From Scyliorhinus canicula (lineage: Eukaryota): a stretch of DNA of 64,000 nucleotides. The translations under genes and the position numbers were made by a program. Location of the stretch: assembly GCF_902713615.1 (NCBI RefSeq), contig NC_052150.1, forward strand, positions 11,866,000-11,929,999, in the 5' to 3' direction. Shown here piece by piece: positions 35,851-48,243 of this stretch (its first letter is position 1; every line of letters starts with the position of its first letter). Below the pieces are notes generated by a model. That model was not told where the DNA came from, did no database searches, and saw only the letters and a list, made by a program, of their open reading frames with translations.

Positions 35851-36559
35851 GGTGTTATCATAACCTGGCCAAACAGGTTGAGTATCAACCTGCAAATCAT
35901 TTCAGCACATGCCAATAGCAAGCGGTAAGAGCAGGAGGGATTCCTGGTCAGCCATGTGATGGGCAGAATGGTAGAGCCTCTACCATCACTCTCCATAGCT
36001 CCAGTCTACAACGGGTGTAAAAGAGTATGTTGCAACAGCAACTTGGACTCCCAGTGAATTGAAACACAGCACGACCGCTAATAAGTCTGGGCTTTTGCAA
36101 TTCATTTGAACATCATATTCCTTTATCCTTTTTTTCATTGTACTGGGACAGCTATCATTGGTGAAGATAGAAAAGGGATTTGTAAATGGAATCTATATTC
36201 CCTTAAGCGCTTCATTCTTTTCTCAATTATTAATTGAAATGGGCTCGTGTGTAGCCCTTGAGATTGGCTCAAGTAGTCACAGCAGGATAGAAATTGCTGC
36301 AATTCTCAATATTCAGAAGAAACATTAAGAATAAGATGTGCTCCTAATTCAGCCTCAATTTTTTAATTCATTCTTGGAAAGTAAGTGTCGCTGGTGGGTC
36401 CAGCATTTACTGCTCATCTCTAGTTGCACTCGAGAAGAGGACAGGGAGCCACCTCCTTGAGCTGCTGCAGTTTTGTGTGGCATCCATGATGCATTGTTCA
36501 GTAATGGTTTTAAACAACCGAATGGTTTGCTGGGCCACTTCAGAGAGTCAACCACATGG

Positions 36560-36852
36560 AACATACATACAGTGCAGAAGGAGGCCATTCGGCCTCCTTA
36601 TCACCAACCCACTTAAGCCCTCATTTCTACCCTATCCCCGTAACCCAATAACCCTTCCTAACCTTTTTGGACACCAAGGGCAATTTAGCATGGCCAATCC
36701 ATCTAACCTTGACGTCTTTGGACTGTGGGAGGGAACCGGAGCACCCGGAGGAAACCCACGCAGACACGGGGAGAACGTGCAGACTCCACACAGTGACCCA
36801 GCGGGGAATCGAACCTGGGACCCTGGCGCTGTGAAGCCACAGTGCTAACCAC
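36560..36852 (-). mobile_element. V-SINE with CR1-like tail
   Basis: V-domain and GGCCGAATGGCCTCCTTCTGCACTGT tail on the minus strand. Confidence 0.8.
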
Positions 36853-38280
36853 TTGCCCTAAACATAGTTGCGGGTCTGGAGTTACATATAGGCCAGGCAA
36901 GGGAGGCAAATTTCCTTCCTGCCGCCCAGCTGTACTAGGCCACCAATGTTTTATTTTCACCATAGCTAGTACATATATACATCCCAATTTAAACAGGAGT
37001 GCATTTTTTCCTAAAATGCAAATTACATTTGAAATTAATCAATGACTATTTTTTGTAGTTTTGTTTATCCCTGGATGTCTGGGACAGTTTGAAAGCCCCA
37101 GTGCTCTCGTGCTCTCTTCACTATTCTGCTAGCGCTTTCCACGGACAGTCCTGTTAAAACGCTAAACCATGTGTCCTGGTCGTCTGTAAATCCACATCTA
37201 TCTAAAGAGACAAACAATGAGCACAGGTTGAATATTTTCTGCCTTGGCCTCATGCAGTAATATCTAGCCAGCAAGTCGGAAAAGGAACAGCAGCTGAAGT
37301 TGTGATGGAGGTGGAGAGATCTCAGGTCACGGCTCTGGATGCTAGGAGTCAAACCCATGACAACGATGGGGTAATGTAACCAACCAGCATCAAACAATCT
37401 ATTTTAGGTTGCTTGCTGGGACACACAGAAATCAGGTTTTTAGAACAAATGCTGAGTTGTGCTACTGTAAAATGAGGGCTTTGGATTCACCTACTCAAGA
37501 TGGATAAGCTAGCATACAAGTCGAACAAACATCTACCACCATATTAACAGCAAATATAAGAATAGTCCATTATTAGAGAGCAGCACCTGTCTCACAGGAG
37601 GCAGGCTACTTACTGACTACACCTCTCACAAAATAGATGTCTGGGACAGTTGGCAGAGGACCCAAGATGGAGAGAAGCCAGAAGTTTCAAATACACTCTG
37701 ATGATACTTTTGAAGGCAGTGAGCGAGGTGGCAAGGATAGTTGTGTAGGTATAGATACTACCCGAGTGGGAGAGGGAGGGCATGGATAAAGGACAAGCTA
37801 ACCAAGTCAATAACAACGTCCGTTCATATTAATAATAAATAAAAATAAATAATGTTTATTGTCACAAGTAGGCTTACATTAACACTGCAATGAAGTGACT
37901 GTGAAAATCCACTAGTCGCCACATTCCAGCGCCTGTTCTCAGCTGGTACAGGAATTGAACTCGCCCTGCTGGCCTTGTCCTGCATCACAAATGAGCTGTC
38001 TAGCCCACTGAGCTAAGCCCCTATAACATGGAAAAACCTCCCAAGACATCCCACAGGCACATTATAAAACAGAGAGTGTGACACCGAGCCATTAAACTGT
38101 TTATGAGGTCAAATAACCGAAAACTTGGTCAAATAGGTAGGTTTTAAGGCGCGTTTGAAAGGACAAAAGCGAGGAGGAGCGACAGAGAGGTGTAGGGAGG
38201 AAATTCAAGAGCTCAGAACCTTGGTAACGCAAGGCAGAGCCACCAATGGCAGATGGATTAAAGAAGACTATCAGAAGAGA

Positions 38281-40893
38281 TGGATGCAGCTAGTTAAGGG
38301 GATCGGGTAGATGCAGTCAGGGAAGGCACCGGGGCCGGATGGGTTCCCGGTGGAATTTTATAAAAAGTTTGTGGACCTAGTGGGCCCCTTGCTGGTGCGG
38401 ACACTCAACGAAGCGTGGGAAGGGGGGACTTTGCCCCCGACGATGTCACGGGCGCTGATCTCGTTAATTTTAAAGAGGGACAAGGACCCCCAGCAGTGTG
38501 GTTCATACAGGCCCATATCTCTCCTCAACGTGGATGCTAAGGTGCTGGCAAAAATCCTGGCCACCAGGATAGAGGACTGTGTGCCAGGGGTTGTGCACGA
38601 GGACCAGACAGGTTTTGTGAAGGGAAGGCAGCTGAACACGAATGTGCGGAGATTGTTGAATGTCATCATGATGCCGGCGATTGAGGGGGAGGCAGAGATA
38701 GTGGTGGCGCTGGATGCAGAGAAGGCCTTCGATAGAGTGGAGTGGGGGTACTTATGGGAGGTGTTGGGGAGGTTTGGATTTGGTGAAGGGTTCTTTAGAT
38801 GGGTAAGGCTGCTATATGAGGCCCCGATGGCGTGCGTGGCCACGAATAGGAAGAGGTCGGAGTACTTCCGGCTTTACCGAGGGACCAGGCAGGGTTGCCC
38901 CCTGTGCCCCTTGTTGTTTGCACTGGCAATCGAGCCGCTGGCGATGGCGTTGAGGGATTCAGAGGTGGAGAGGCTTGGTGCGAGGTGGAGAGGAACATAG
39001 GGTGTCGCTGTATGCCGATGACCTGTTACTGTATGTGGCGGACCCAGTGGGAGGGATGCCGGGGGTGATGGAGTTGCTAGCTGAGTTTGGGACCTTTTCA
39101 GGTTATAAATTAAATTTAGGCAAGAGTGAGGTGTTTGTGGTGCACCCTGGAGACCAGGAAGAAGGAATTGGTAGGCTCCCGCTTAGGCGGGCAGGGGAGA
39201 GCTTTAGGTACCTGGGGGTGCAGGTGGCCAGGGACTGGGGGACTCTTCACAAGCATAATTTCACCAGACTTGTAGATCAGATGGAGGAGGAATTCAAGAA
39301 GTGGGACATGCTGCCATTATCGTTGGCGGGGAGGGTACAGTCCGTCAAAATGACGGTGCTTCCGAGGTTCTTGTTCCTCTTTCAGTGCCTGCCTATCTTT
39401 ATCCCCAGGGCCTTCTTTAGGAGAGTGACTAGCAGTATTCGGAGCTTTGTGTGGGCGCATGGGACTCCGAGAGTGAGGAGGGTGTTCCTGGAGCGAGGGA
39501 GGGATAGAGGCGGGCTGGCGCTGCCCAACCTCCAGGGGTACTATTGGGCGGCCAATGTGTCAATGGTGCGTAAATGGGTGAGGGAGGGGCGGCGTGGAAA
39601 AGAATGGAGATGGCGTCATGTAGAGGTACGAGCCTGGGTGCCATGCTAACGGCGCCGTTGCCGCTCTCCCCTAAGAGGTTTACCACGAGCCCGGTGGTGG
39701 CGGCGACCCTAAGAATCTGGGGACAGTGGAGGCGGCATGGGGGGGGAAACAGGGGGCTCGATGGAGGCTCCACTGGGTGGCAACCATCGGTTCATCCCGG
39801 GGAACAAGGATGGGGGATTTAGGGGGTGGCAAAGGGCGGGCATCAGCAAATTGAGGGACCTGTTTATTGGCGGGAGGTTTGCGGGCCTTGGGGAACTGGA
39901 AGATAAATTTAGCCTTCCCCAAGGGAACATGTTCAGATACTTGCAGGTAAAGGAGTTTGCTAGGCGACAGGTAGAGGGATTCCCTTTGCTGCCCTCGCAG
40001 GGGACAATGGACAGAGTGCTTTCGGGGGTGTGGGTCGGAGAGGGGAAGGTGTCTGACATCTATAAGGTAATGCAGGAGGTGGAGGAGTCGTCAGTGGAGG
40101 AGCTGAAGGCTAAATGGGAGGAGGAACTCGGGGAGCAGATGGAGGACGGGACTTGGGCGGATGCCTTGTACAGAGTCAACTCTTCCTCCTCATGTGCGAG
40201 GCTTAGTCTCATCCAATTTAAGGTGCTGCACCGGGCCCACATGTCCAGGACTGGGATGAGTAGGTTCTTTGGGTGTGAGGATAGGTGCGCCAGATGTTCG
40301 GGGAGTCCAGCGAACCACGCCCATATGTTCTGGGCATGCCCAGCACTGGAAGAATTCTGGAAGGGGGTGGCGGGGACGGTGTCGAGGGTGGTCGGATCCA
40401 GGGTCAAACCAGGGTGGGGACTCGCGGTTTGTGGAGTTGCGGTAGAGCCGGGAGTGCAGGAGGCGAAAGAGGCCGGTGTCCTGGCCTTTGCGTCCCTAGT
40501 AGCCCGTCGAAGGATTCTGCTACAGTGGAAGGATGCAAGGCCCCCAAATGTGGAGACCTGGATCAGTGACATGGCGGGATTTATAAAACAGGAACGGGTC
40601 AAATTTGCCCTGAGAGGATCAATACAAGGGTTCTATAAACGATGGCAGCCTTTTCTGGACTTCCTGGCGCAAAGATAGGTATCTTGGTCAATAGCAGCAG
40701 CAACCCGGGAAGGGGGGGGGGGGTGTTCCTTATTGTAGTTTCTATTCTGTAACTTTATATTGTGTTAATTTGCTTTGTTGTTAAAATGCTGTGTTGTGCA
40801 TGGGGGTGGGGCGAATGTTTATGATGGTTAATATTATTGTTATTTTTGGTATTTTACTATGGTGCGTTATTGTTGTGTAAATTCAAAATTTTT
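38281..40893 (+). mobile_element. 5'-truncated L1-clade LINE: RT domain to 3'UTR, three frameshifts
   Basis: KAPGPDG, YRPISLLN, LDAEKAFD, GTRQGCP, LYADD, CCHC-like CARC...HMFWAC; frame changes at about 38960, 39580 and 39740; same family as 2320-4559; 3' end fused to half a V-SINE. Confidence 0.95.
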
Positions 40894-41399
40894 CACCCCC
40901 ACAACCCGATGATGCGCAGGGTAGGTGGATTGGCTACGCTAAAAATTGCCCCTTAATTGGGGGGGGGGGGGGAAAGGAAACAGGAAAATCAGCTTGAAGG
41001 ATACGGTGCAGCAGCAGCCATTACAGGGACCTGGCTACAAGCTGTGCCTGATTGGCAGCTACATTACCCAGTCAATAGGATCTATTGGAAACATTTAATG
41101 TCAGAGGGAAAAAAAAGCCATGTTTAATACTTCATCTTCAGTTCAGCGCTTCCATACTGTCCAGAAACGTCACCCTATATTATATGCTTAAATCTTAAAT
41201 GGGGGGCTTTAACTCACTGCAATATGTATCTATATAGGACCTTTAATAGAGGAAAATATTTCAAATCAATCCACAGATTCAATATCCAACACAATAGCGA
41301 ACAATCCATTTAGGTGGGGGGTGGGGGGGTGGGGGGGGGGGGGTTTGCTAGCAGTATCTTTGTTGACAGATGTGAAGGTTAATCCTCGAGAGACAGGTT

Positions 41400-41700
41400 C
41401 TGTCACAAGTGCAACACCATGAAGCTGCTGTGTCATTGCAGGTTGTTGATTTTGGTGCTGGTTGCTGAGCTGCTATAGCCAGTGATCATCGTGGTGGTAA
41501 CCGGCAATCCACAGGAGGTGACGCCAGCTCCCTCTATCCTCAGCAAGTGACCACTCCAGGTGCGATAGCCAATGTTTAGGGCCTTCATGTCACGTGTGTC
41601 AGCATCCTTGAAGCAGGGCTTTGGTTGCCCCACTGGTTGCCTGGCTCCAGCCAACTCACCATGAAGAAAGTCCTTGGGCATGCAACCGAATTCCTCCGTG
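41400..41700 (-). mobile_element. RTE-clade LINE 3' fragment
   Basis: MPKDFLHGELAGARQPVGQPKPCFKD...DMK matches the RTE ORF C-terminal motif PK.LLYGEL..G.R..GRP..R.KD. Confidence 0.65.
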
Positions 41701-42112
41701 CTGACATATCCAAGCCACCACAAAATCACGCTGGCACAGTGATTAGCAGGGTAGGTGGGGTTACAGGGATAGGGTTGGGGAGTGGGCCTACAGTACAGAC
41801 TCAATGGCCTGAATGCTATGGATATGAAATTTGGGAACTCTGCCTTTACGAAGACTGCTACATTCATGATTGCAACAATGAGCAACATTGAAGATAGATC
41901 TGTCAAAGAGACAGATTTTAAGCAGCGCCTTTAAATAGGAGCGAGGGAATGGAAGGGCTCAGGGGCCAAATTCCAGAATAAAGGTTCCAGGGCATTAAAG
42001 ACATGACCGCCAATACTGGAGTGATTAAAATCAGGAATGCGCAAGAGGACAAGTTCGAAGAATACAGAAATCTGAGGGCAAATCTACAGACGATTATAGA
42101 GATAGGGAGGGG

Positions 42113-42347
42113 CGGGCAGCACGGTGGCCTAGTGGTTAGCACAGCTGCTTCACGGCGCTGAGGTCCCAGGTTCGATCCCGGCTCTGGGTCACTGTCCGTG
42201 TGGAGTTTGCACATTCTCCCCGTGTCTGCGTGGGTTTCGCCCCCACAACCCAAAAATGTGCAGAGTAGGTGGATTGGCCACACTAAATTGCCCCCTTAAT
42301 TGGAAAAAATAATTGGATAATCTAAATTTAAAAAAAAAACAAAAAAA
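42113..42347 (+). mobile_element. Young V-SINE, poly(A) form, with TSD
   Basis: 15-bp TSD AGAGATAGGGAGGGG at 42098-42112 and 42348-42362; nearly identical to 56313-56536. Confidence 0.92.
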
Positions 42348-42454
42348 AGAGATAGGGAGGGGTGATGCCATGGAGAGATTTGAAAATGATAGTGAGAATT
42401 TTAAATTCAAAGCTTTGCTAAACCAGGAGCCATGGGGGAGGCAATTTCTAATCC

Positions 42455-42675
42455 CCTAGTCACCACATTCCGGCGCCTGTTCGGGTGCAGAGGGAGAATT
42501 CAGAATGTCCAATTCACCTAACAAGCACGTCTTTCGGGACTTGTGGGAGGAAACCGGAGAACCTGGAGGAAACCCACGCAGACACGGGGAGAACATGCAG
42601 ACTCTGCACAGACAGTGACCCAAGCCGGGAATCGAACCAGAGACCCTGACACTGTGAAGCAACAGTGCTAACCAC
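42455..42675 (-). mobile_element. V-SINE, truncated tail
   Basis: V-domain on the minus strand. Confidence 0.8.
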
Positions 42676-42684
42676 TCTGATTGT

Positions 42685-42997
42685 ACCGCGCAGTGGTTTT
42701 GTCACTAGTAATCCAGAGACCCAGGGTAATGCTCAGGGAACCTGGGGTCGAATCCCACTATGGTAGATGGTGAAATCTATATTCAACAAAAAAATCTGGA
42801 ATTAAAAGTCTAATGATGACCATGAAACTATTGTTGGCCTTGGCTGGCCTACATGTGACATGTGATTCCAGATCCACAGCAATGTGGTTGACTCTTAAAT
42901 GCCCTTGAAATGGTAGAGCAAACCACTCAGTTCAGGGGCAATTAGGGATGGGCAACAAATGCTGGCCCAGCCAGCGACGTCCACATCCTGTGAAAAA
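42685..42997 (+). mobile_element. tRNA-derived SINE with LINE-derived tail
   Basis: GGTCGAATCCC B-box; tail GGGCAATTAGGGATGGGCAA...CACATCC shared with LINE ends in this window. Confidence 0.7.
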
Positions 42998-43542
42998 AGT
43001 AAGAAAACGTCGGTCAACAAGCACAGGGATGAGGGGTAAACGGTACTTGATGATAGTTAAGATAAAAGCAGCAAAGTTTTGGATGAACTAGAGTTCTTAA
43101 AAGGGAATGAGGGTCAAGCTACGGGCAAATGAGGTGACATGAGAAGATAGTGAAAAACTGCCAAGGACCGGAGACAAACCCAGAACAAGAGACCATTACA
43201 AACGAGGTTTGTGTGTGAAAGATTGGAAGCAAAAAAAAAGAAAGCGCTAGAAGCACTCGCATTTGCAGAGAACACAAACCTAATTATTTAATTATTTTAA
43301 CACTGGCCTTCATTTACCAAAGGCTTGAACTCTGGAATTCACTCCCTAAATCCTTCCATCTCTCTGCTCCTTCAAGACATTTCACAGCTGCTTGAGCAAG
43401 CTTTTGCCCACCTGTCCTTTGCTTCAATGCCAAATTAATTTGATAACTTGCAGCTTGTGGTTCCCAGAAGTGCAACATTGACAAATTCTGAAGCTTAAAC
43501 TATTTCACACATCGCTCCATGTGTGGCAGAACAATAGTGTTT

Positions 43543-43738
43543 TTTTTTCCAATTAAGGGCTAATTTAGCGTGGCGAATCCACCTACCCTGCACATCTTTG
43601 GGTTGTGGGGGTGAGACCCACGCAGACACGGGGAGAATGTGCAAACTCCACACGGACAGTGACCCGGGCTGGGATTGAACCCGGATCCTCAGCCATGTGA
43701 GAGAGCAGTGATAACCACTACGTAACTGTGCTGCCCTC
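43543..43738 (-). mobile_element. V-SINE, poly(A) form, with TSD
   Basis: 14-bp TSD GAACAATAGTGTTT at 43529-43542 and 43739-43752. Confidence 0.88.
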
Positions 43739-44043
43739 GAACAATAGTGTTTGATACACAGACTGCTCTGTAAGAGTGCATAATGTGGCATTACGGATAA
43801 TACATGCGCACAAAAATATAAATCGCAAATCATATTCGACTGACATAATGATGATGCTTGGGGGTAACTTTGATCAGGTGGCTATGGTGTGGTTGAGGAT
43901 AATGCCAACAGGATGGTTTTAATTCCCTTTCCAGTAGACGTAGCACTGGAATCTGCCTCCTCAACATGCCCCATGCTGATGTGGAGTAGTACCCATCTGT
44001 CTATACAACCAATTGTCCCTCTAATAGACATGGATGCTGATAC

Positions 44044-45692
44044 CACGGTTTTACAAACTCAGGGTCGCAACCCACAGGTGGGTCGCTCGCGGATGTCAAG
44101 AGGGTCGTGGAGCGATCGGTTGTGGCTTTCCTGATTGTGGAAAGAAGTCCCCAATGGCTGCGACTGGTTGTTAAGATCGCCGGCTGCGTGCAGTCCCCAA
44201 TTGGTTGCGGCGTTTGAGGGGGTGGGTGGCGTGAGGTGGGCTGCGTGCTGGTCACCACGTATTTGCAGGGGGTGGGGACAGGAGCTGACGGGCGTCCACC
44301 TGGATGAGCGATGCTAACGGTGGTGGCCATAGCTGGAGCTCTGCTCCAGTGCGGCGCAACGTCCGCTTGCACTTTCACAACGTGAAGTACTGGTCGGAAA
44401 GTGGTCAGCAGTCTATAACTAGCGTGGATGCAGCCACTGGACAGTGGGAGGGAAGCCAAGGTTGTCAGCCAGGAATACCGATCAAACGAGGTCAGTCAAA
44501 CGGCCATGTCAACACTGGAAGAAGCCTACACAGTCATCACTTCGTGACACCACTCTCTGGAAAACAGGAAGTCAGTGCTTTTGGTGAGAATGGAGATGAC
44601 TTGGATGGTGCAATGCAGTGGAACCAATAAGAAATAGTGACATTGTATGTGTTTGACAAGTTACTTTTCTCATCTAAAGTCATAGTTGTAAAGTAAAAAC
44701 AAGATTGTACTTTTTTCTATACTTGTTTAAATTTCTAAAGAAATGGATATATATTTAAAACAAAGTTTCTGTGTTAATGCAAGGTTGATGACGTTCACCT
44801 GAAATTGTTTAATTTTCAGTTGTAAAGTCATAAATTTGGAAAAATCAGGTATTGGAAATAAAGTTTCAAAGTTAAAAAGAAAATGCTGGCTGCGACTGGC
44901 CATTAAACACGAATGATGGAGTCTTTCCTCTAGAGGCAGCAGCAGAGAGACGGTCACGCGCCCGGCACTTACACGGACGTCATGCGCCCTATGCATCCGT
45001 GCTTTGTACGTGAAATCATGGAGGAGAGGTTCTTTCATTTTGTCACTGCCAGCAAGTAAGCAATGGGACTGTATGAAGAAATGAAGAGAGATTATTTTGT
45101 AATGAGGAAGAGTGGCCCAGAAACACAAACAGGCCAGAATCTCAAAACTGAATCTGCTGAAGAGAGCTGCAAAGGAGAGTCCACGACAAGGCAGTGCTGG
45201 TGTGAGCTGCATAGAGCCAGAGGGCCTCTGGTGAACAAGTCATTAAGAAAATGAAATCAGGGACAAAGCAGTATAAAGACGATTCCTTGAGATGTGTCTT
45301 TATTAATTGTGCCAATGCAAATCAGGATGCAAAACCTCTGAGTTATTTGCAGAGAAGTACTGGCAAATGAAAGTTTAAAACCCTCAAATCTTCATGGCGG
45401 GTTTGAGGGTAAACCTCTTGATTTTTTTCCAAAAGACTCAGCGAGAACTGAAATCATCAGCGGAAGTCCTCAGCAGAAATGTGGCATTGAATGACGAAGC
45501 AAGTGAGTTCGTGGGGACCAAGTAGGTTCACCTGTCGCATTAAAGGTAAGCAATAATGGTGTGTCACAGAGGTCGGCCGGCCTGGGTGGCTAATGTCAGC
45601 CAGCATAGGTCACGAACATCGGTCGGCATGGGTCCCGAAATTCCACCAGTTGGTAAAGGTGGGTCCCGGGAAACAATATTTCTAAAACACTG
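44044..45692 (+). mobile_element. hAT (Charlie/Buster-like) DNA transposon, internally deleted
   Basis: Imperfect terminal inverted repeats CACGGTTTTACAAA / TTTCTAAAACACTG; degenerate 8-bp TSD GCTGATAC / GCCTATAC; BED-finger remnant VICREVLANESLKPS at about 45340-45390. Confidence 0.75.
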
Positions 45693-46027
45693 GCCTATAC
45701 AGTCCTCCATGGACCAGGCTAATTTCTTACCTACCAGTCAACCTACCAATAATATTTTATATATAATGCGCTAGATAACTAGAATAATAGAAACAAAATA
45801 CTGCAGATGGTGGCATCTGAAATAAGAACAGAGGATGCTGAAAAAAACTCAGCAGGTCTGGCAGCATCTGTAGGGAGAGACAGCGGAATTAACATTGAGT
45901 CTGCTTGACTCTTCATCACCAATAAAGAGAGTGAGAATATGTTGGAGATTAAAATGTAGCTGAGAAAAATTGCAACAAAATGTAGAAACTTTAAGAACAA
46001 AAGACAGTTGGCCTGGTGTGAGGGAAG

Positions 46028-46270
46028 GACGGCACTATTGTAATCACTGCTGCCTCACAGCACCAGAGACCTGGGTTTGATCCCGACCATGGGTATGCGT
46101 GTGGAGTTTGCACTTTCTCCCCATGTCTTTGTGGGTTTCCTCTGGGTGCTCTGGTTTTTTCCCACAGTCCAAAGATGTGCAGCTTAGGTGGATTGTTCAT
46201 GCCAGTATTGATTCTTAGTGTCCAAAAGTGGGCTAAAAGCCTCCTTGTGCATTGTAGAGATTCTATGATT
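46028..46270 (+). mobile_element. V-SINE with CR1-like tail
   Basis: V-domain; ends in ATTCTATGATTC. Confidence 0.75.
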
Positions 46271-46384
46271 CAAAGGGAAGGGTGGTTGGAAGGGTTGCAA
46301 GCAACACATGTATTTTCTTTTAAAAACAGGATTTAAGATTAAGGAGAAAGTTCACAGACAATGTTTTTTTTAGAATACCCAATT

Positions 46385-46578
46385 ATTTTTGTCTAATTAT
46401 GGGACAATTTAGCGTGGCCAATCCACCTAACCTGCACATCGTTGGGTTGTGGGGGTGAGACCCACGCAGACACGGGGAGAATGTGCAACCTCCACACGGA
46501 CAGTGACCTAGGGCCAGGATCGAACCCGGGTCCTCAGCGCCGTGAGGCAGCAGGGCTAACCAAATGCACCACCTTGCT
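46385..46578 (-). mobile_element. V-SINE, poly(A) form
   Basis: V-domain on the minus strand, T-rich left end. Confidence 0.8.
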
Positions 46579-46820
46579 GTCCACTCACAGGCTAACATTA
46601 ATGAATCAACATGGGAGTCGAGGGCTACAGCGTGCCTAACTGGAGGATGAGATTGCCGTTCCTCCAGTTAGCACCTGGCTTCACTGGAGCATTGCAGAAG
46701 CCCGAGGACAGACAAGGTGCGGAGTTAAAATGGACAGGAGACAGGAAGGCTGGCGCCGTGCCTGCGGACTGAGCGAAGGTGTTCCTCAAAGTGGTCACCA
46801 TGTGCTACCATGCTACCGAT

Positions 46821-47152
46821 GCGGCACGGTACCACAGTGCTTAGGACAGTTGCTTCATAGCTCCAGGGTCCCAGGTTTGATTCTCAGCTATGGTCATTCT
46901 CCGTGTGAAGTCTGCACGTTCTCGTCGTGTGTGCGCGGGTTTCCTCCGGGTGCTCCGGTTTCCTCCCACAGTCCAAAGATGTGTAGGTAAGGTGGATTGG
47001 CCATGATAAATTACCCTTAGTGTCCAAAAAGGTTAGGCTGGGTTACGGGGATAGGGTGGAGGTGTGGGCTTAAGTAGGGTGCTGTTTCGAAGGGCTGGTA
47101 CAGACGCAATGGGTCGAATAGCTTCCTCCTGGACCGTAAATTCTACGATTCT
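46821..47152 (+). mobile_element. V-SINE with CR1-like tail
   Basis: V-domain; ends in GTAAATTCTACGATTCT. Confidence 0.8.
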
Positions 47153-47179
47153 CACCCAGGTAGAGGAGGGCGAGTTGGG

Positions 47180-48010
47180 AGGAGCAAACGCGACTGGCCA
47201 AATTGAAGGAGGCGCCGGTCAAAGGAGTGTTGGGGGCCTCGGAGGGGCTGCACCGCCTGCGGTGGCCAGGGAAGGTGCTGCGGGCCGAGCAGTTCGATTG
47301 CAGGCGACTCCTACCTGCACCCCGTGCATCACGTACACCTTCTCCGCCTCGCTTAGCAGCACGGTGGCCATCTTCCAAATACGTCATCACCGCGCGACCC
47401 TCTCCGTGACGTCACCGTCAACCCGCCCGCATGCGCAGGCCCCTCCCGCACGCCCTCCACTGACGTCATGCACCGGCCAACCGTCATTCCTCCCGGCACA
47501 GAAATATTTTAAATCACCGCCGCGCTGGTGGGATCGCCACACAGCTCAAATCAGTCGGCGAATGTGCCGAACATGAATTATGGCGCCGCCTGGGTGAACA
47601 GTTGTTGTTGTCGATGAGGCGGTTGGGTGACCGTTTCTGACGTTGGGGTGAACCGGATTTTACGTCACCTCCGGATTCGCCCCTCCGTTTCCGCTTCCGG
47701 TCCGCCTGCCCTTCCTCCCTCCCTCGGCGTCCAGGGTAACGGGCGGTGGTGGCAGCACTTGCTACTACTGGCTGGGTCCCCTGATTACCCAGGGACATCG
47801 TGGGTGTCTCCCCGGGTTCGCTGCCGAGCGGGGCACCCAATGGGAGGCCGGGCCTCGGCTTTCATGCGGTCTGAGGCTCTGAGCCGCCTGAGGAGCGGCG
47901 GCGGCGCCCCTGTGTCAGCCTGAGGCCTCCTGGCTTCCCCTGGCTGCTGTGTCTGTGTGGAGGAGGATAGGATAGGCGCGAAAGGAAGCAAAGGTTTTCC
48001 TGGTGAGTGT
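47180..48010. promoter_or_regulatory. CpG-island bidirectional promoter of EXOSC7 and ZDHHC3
   Basis: CpG-dense; CRE palindromes TGACGTCA at 47407-47414 and 47461-47468; NRF1-like CGCATGCGCA at 47428-47437; ETS/GABP-like CCGCTTCCGG at 47691-47700; candidate ZDHHC3 5'UTR donors at 47736 (GTAACG) and 48003 (GTGAGT). Confidence 0.85.
47315..47371 (-). CDS. EXOSC7: Exosome complex component RRP42, coding exon 1
   Basis: Translates MATVLLSEAEKVYVMHGVQ, matching the vertebrate EXOSC7 N-terminus; 57 nt; donor CAG|GTAGG; AAGATGG start context inside the CpG island. Confidence 0.96.
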
Positions 48011-48084
48011 CCTTGCGCCTCAATGTCTCCAAGGGGCTCATTAAAAACCCTTAAACCTATTAGACTGACCCAGTTTTCTTGTGA

Positions 48085-48240
48085 TGTGATTCCGGCGTTG
48101 GACTGGGTGGGCACAGTAAGAATCAGGAGCTTTCGGAGCTCAGCTTTTCCTCAGGTGAGTCTGAGCTACACTCCGAAAGCAAGTGATTCCAAATAAACCT
48201 GTTGGACTTTAACCTGATGTTGTAAGACTTCTTACTGTGC
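48085..48240. mobile_element. Penelope-like inverted terminal-repeat remnant
   Basis: Shares CTGTTGGACTTTAACCTG.TGTTGTAAGACTTCTTACTGT and the TTTCGGAG...CCTCAGGTGA / CTCCGAAAGC halves with 385-564. Confidence 0.65.
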
Positions 48241-48243
48241 AAC

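Noticed and set aside
37065-37230. Minus-strand acceptor-like TCTCTTTAG and a 110-aa ORF in EXOSC7 intron 1
   Set aside because: No recognisable homology, early stop in the EXOSC7 frame, no convincing donor; exons 1 and 2 already join correctly
38358-40602. Antisense ORFs over the L1 (also over the CR1 and ERV)
   Set aside because: Shadow frames of retroelement coding sequence with no independent motifs
41312-41343. G-run with G-quadruplex potential (also C and G runs at about 2498-2534 and 40712-40723)
   Set aside because: Simple low-complexity tracts, mostly in L1 3'UTRs; no evidence of a specific function
47064-48196. Several 70-170 aa ORFs over the promoter
   Set aside because: Expected by chance in GC-rich CpG-island and SINE sequence; only the 19-codon EXOSC7 exon has homology support
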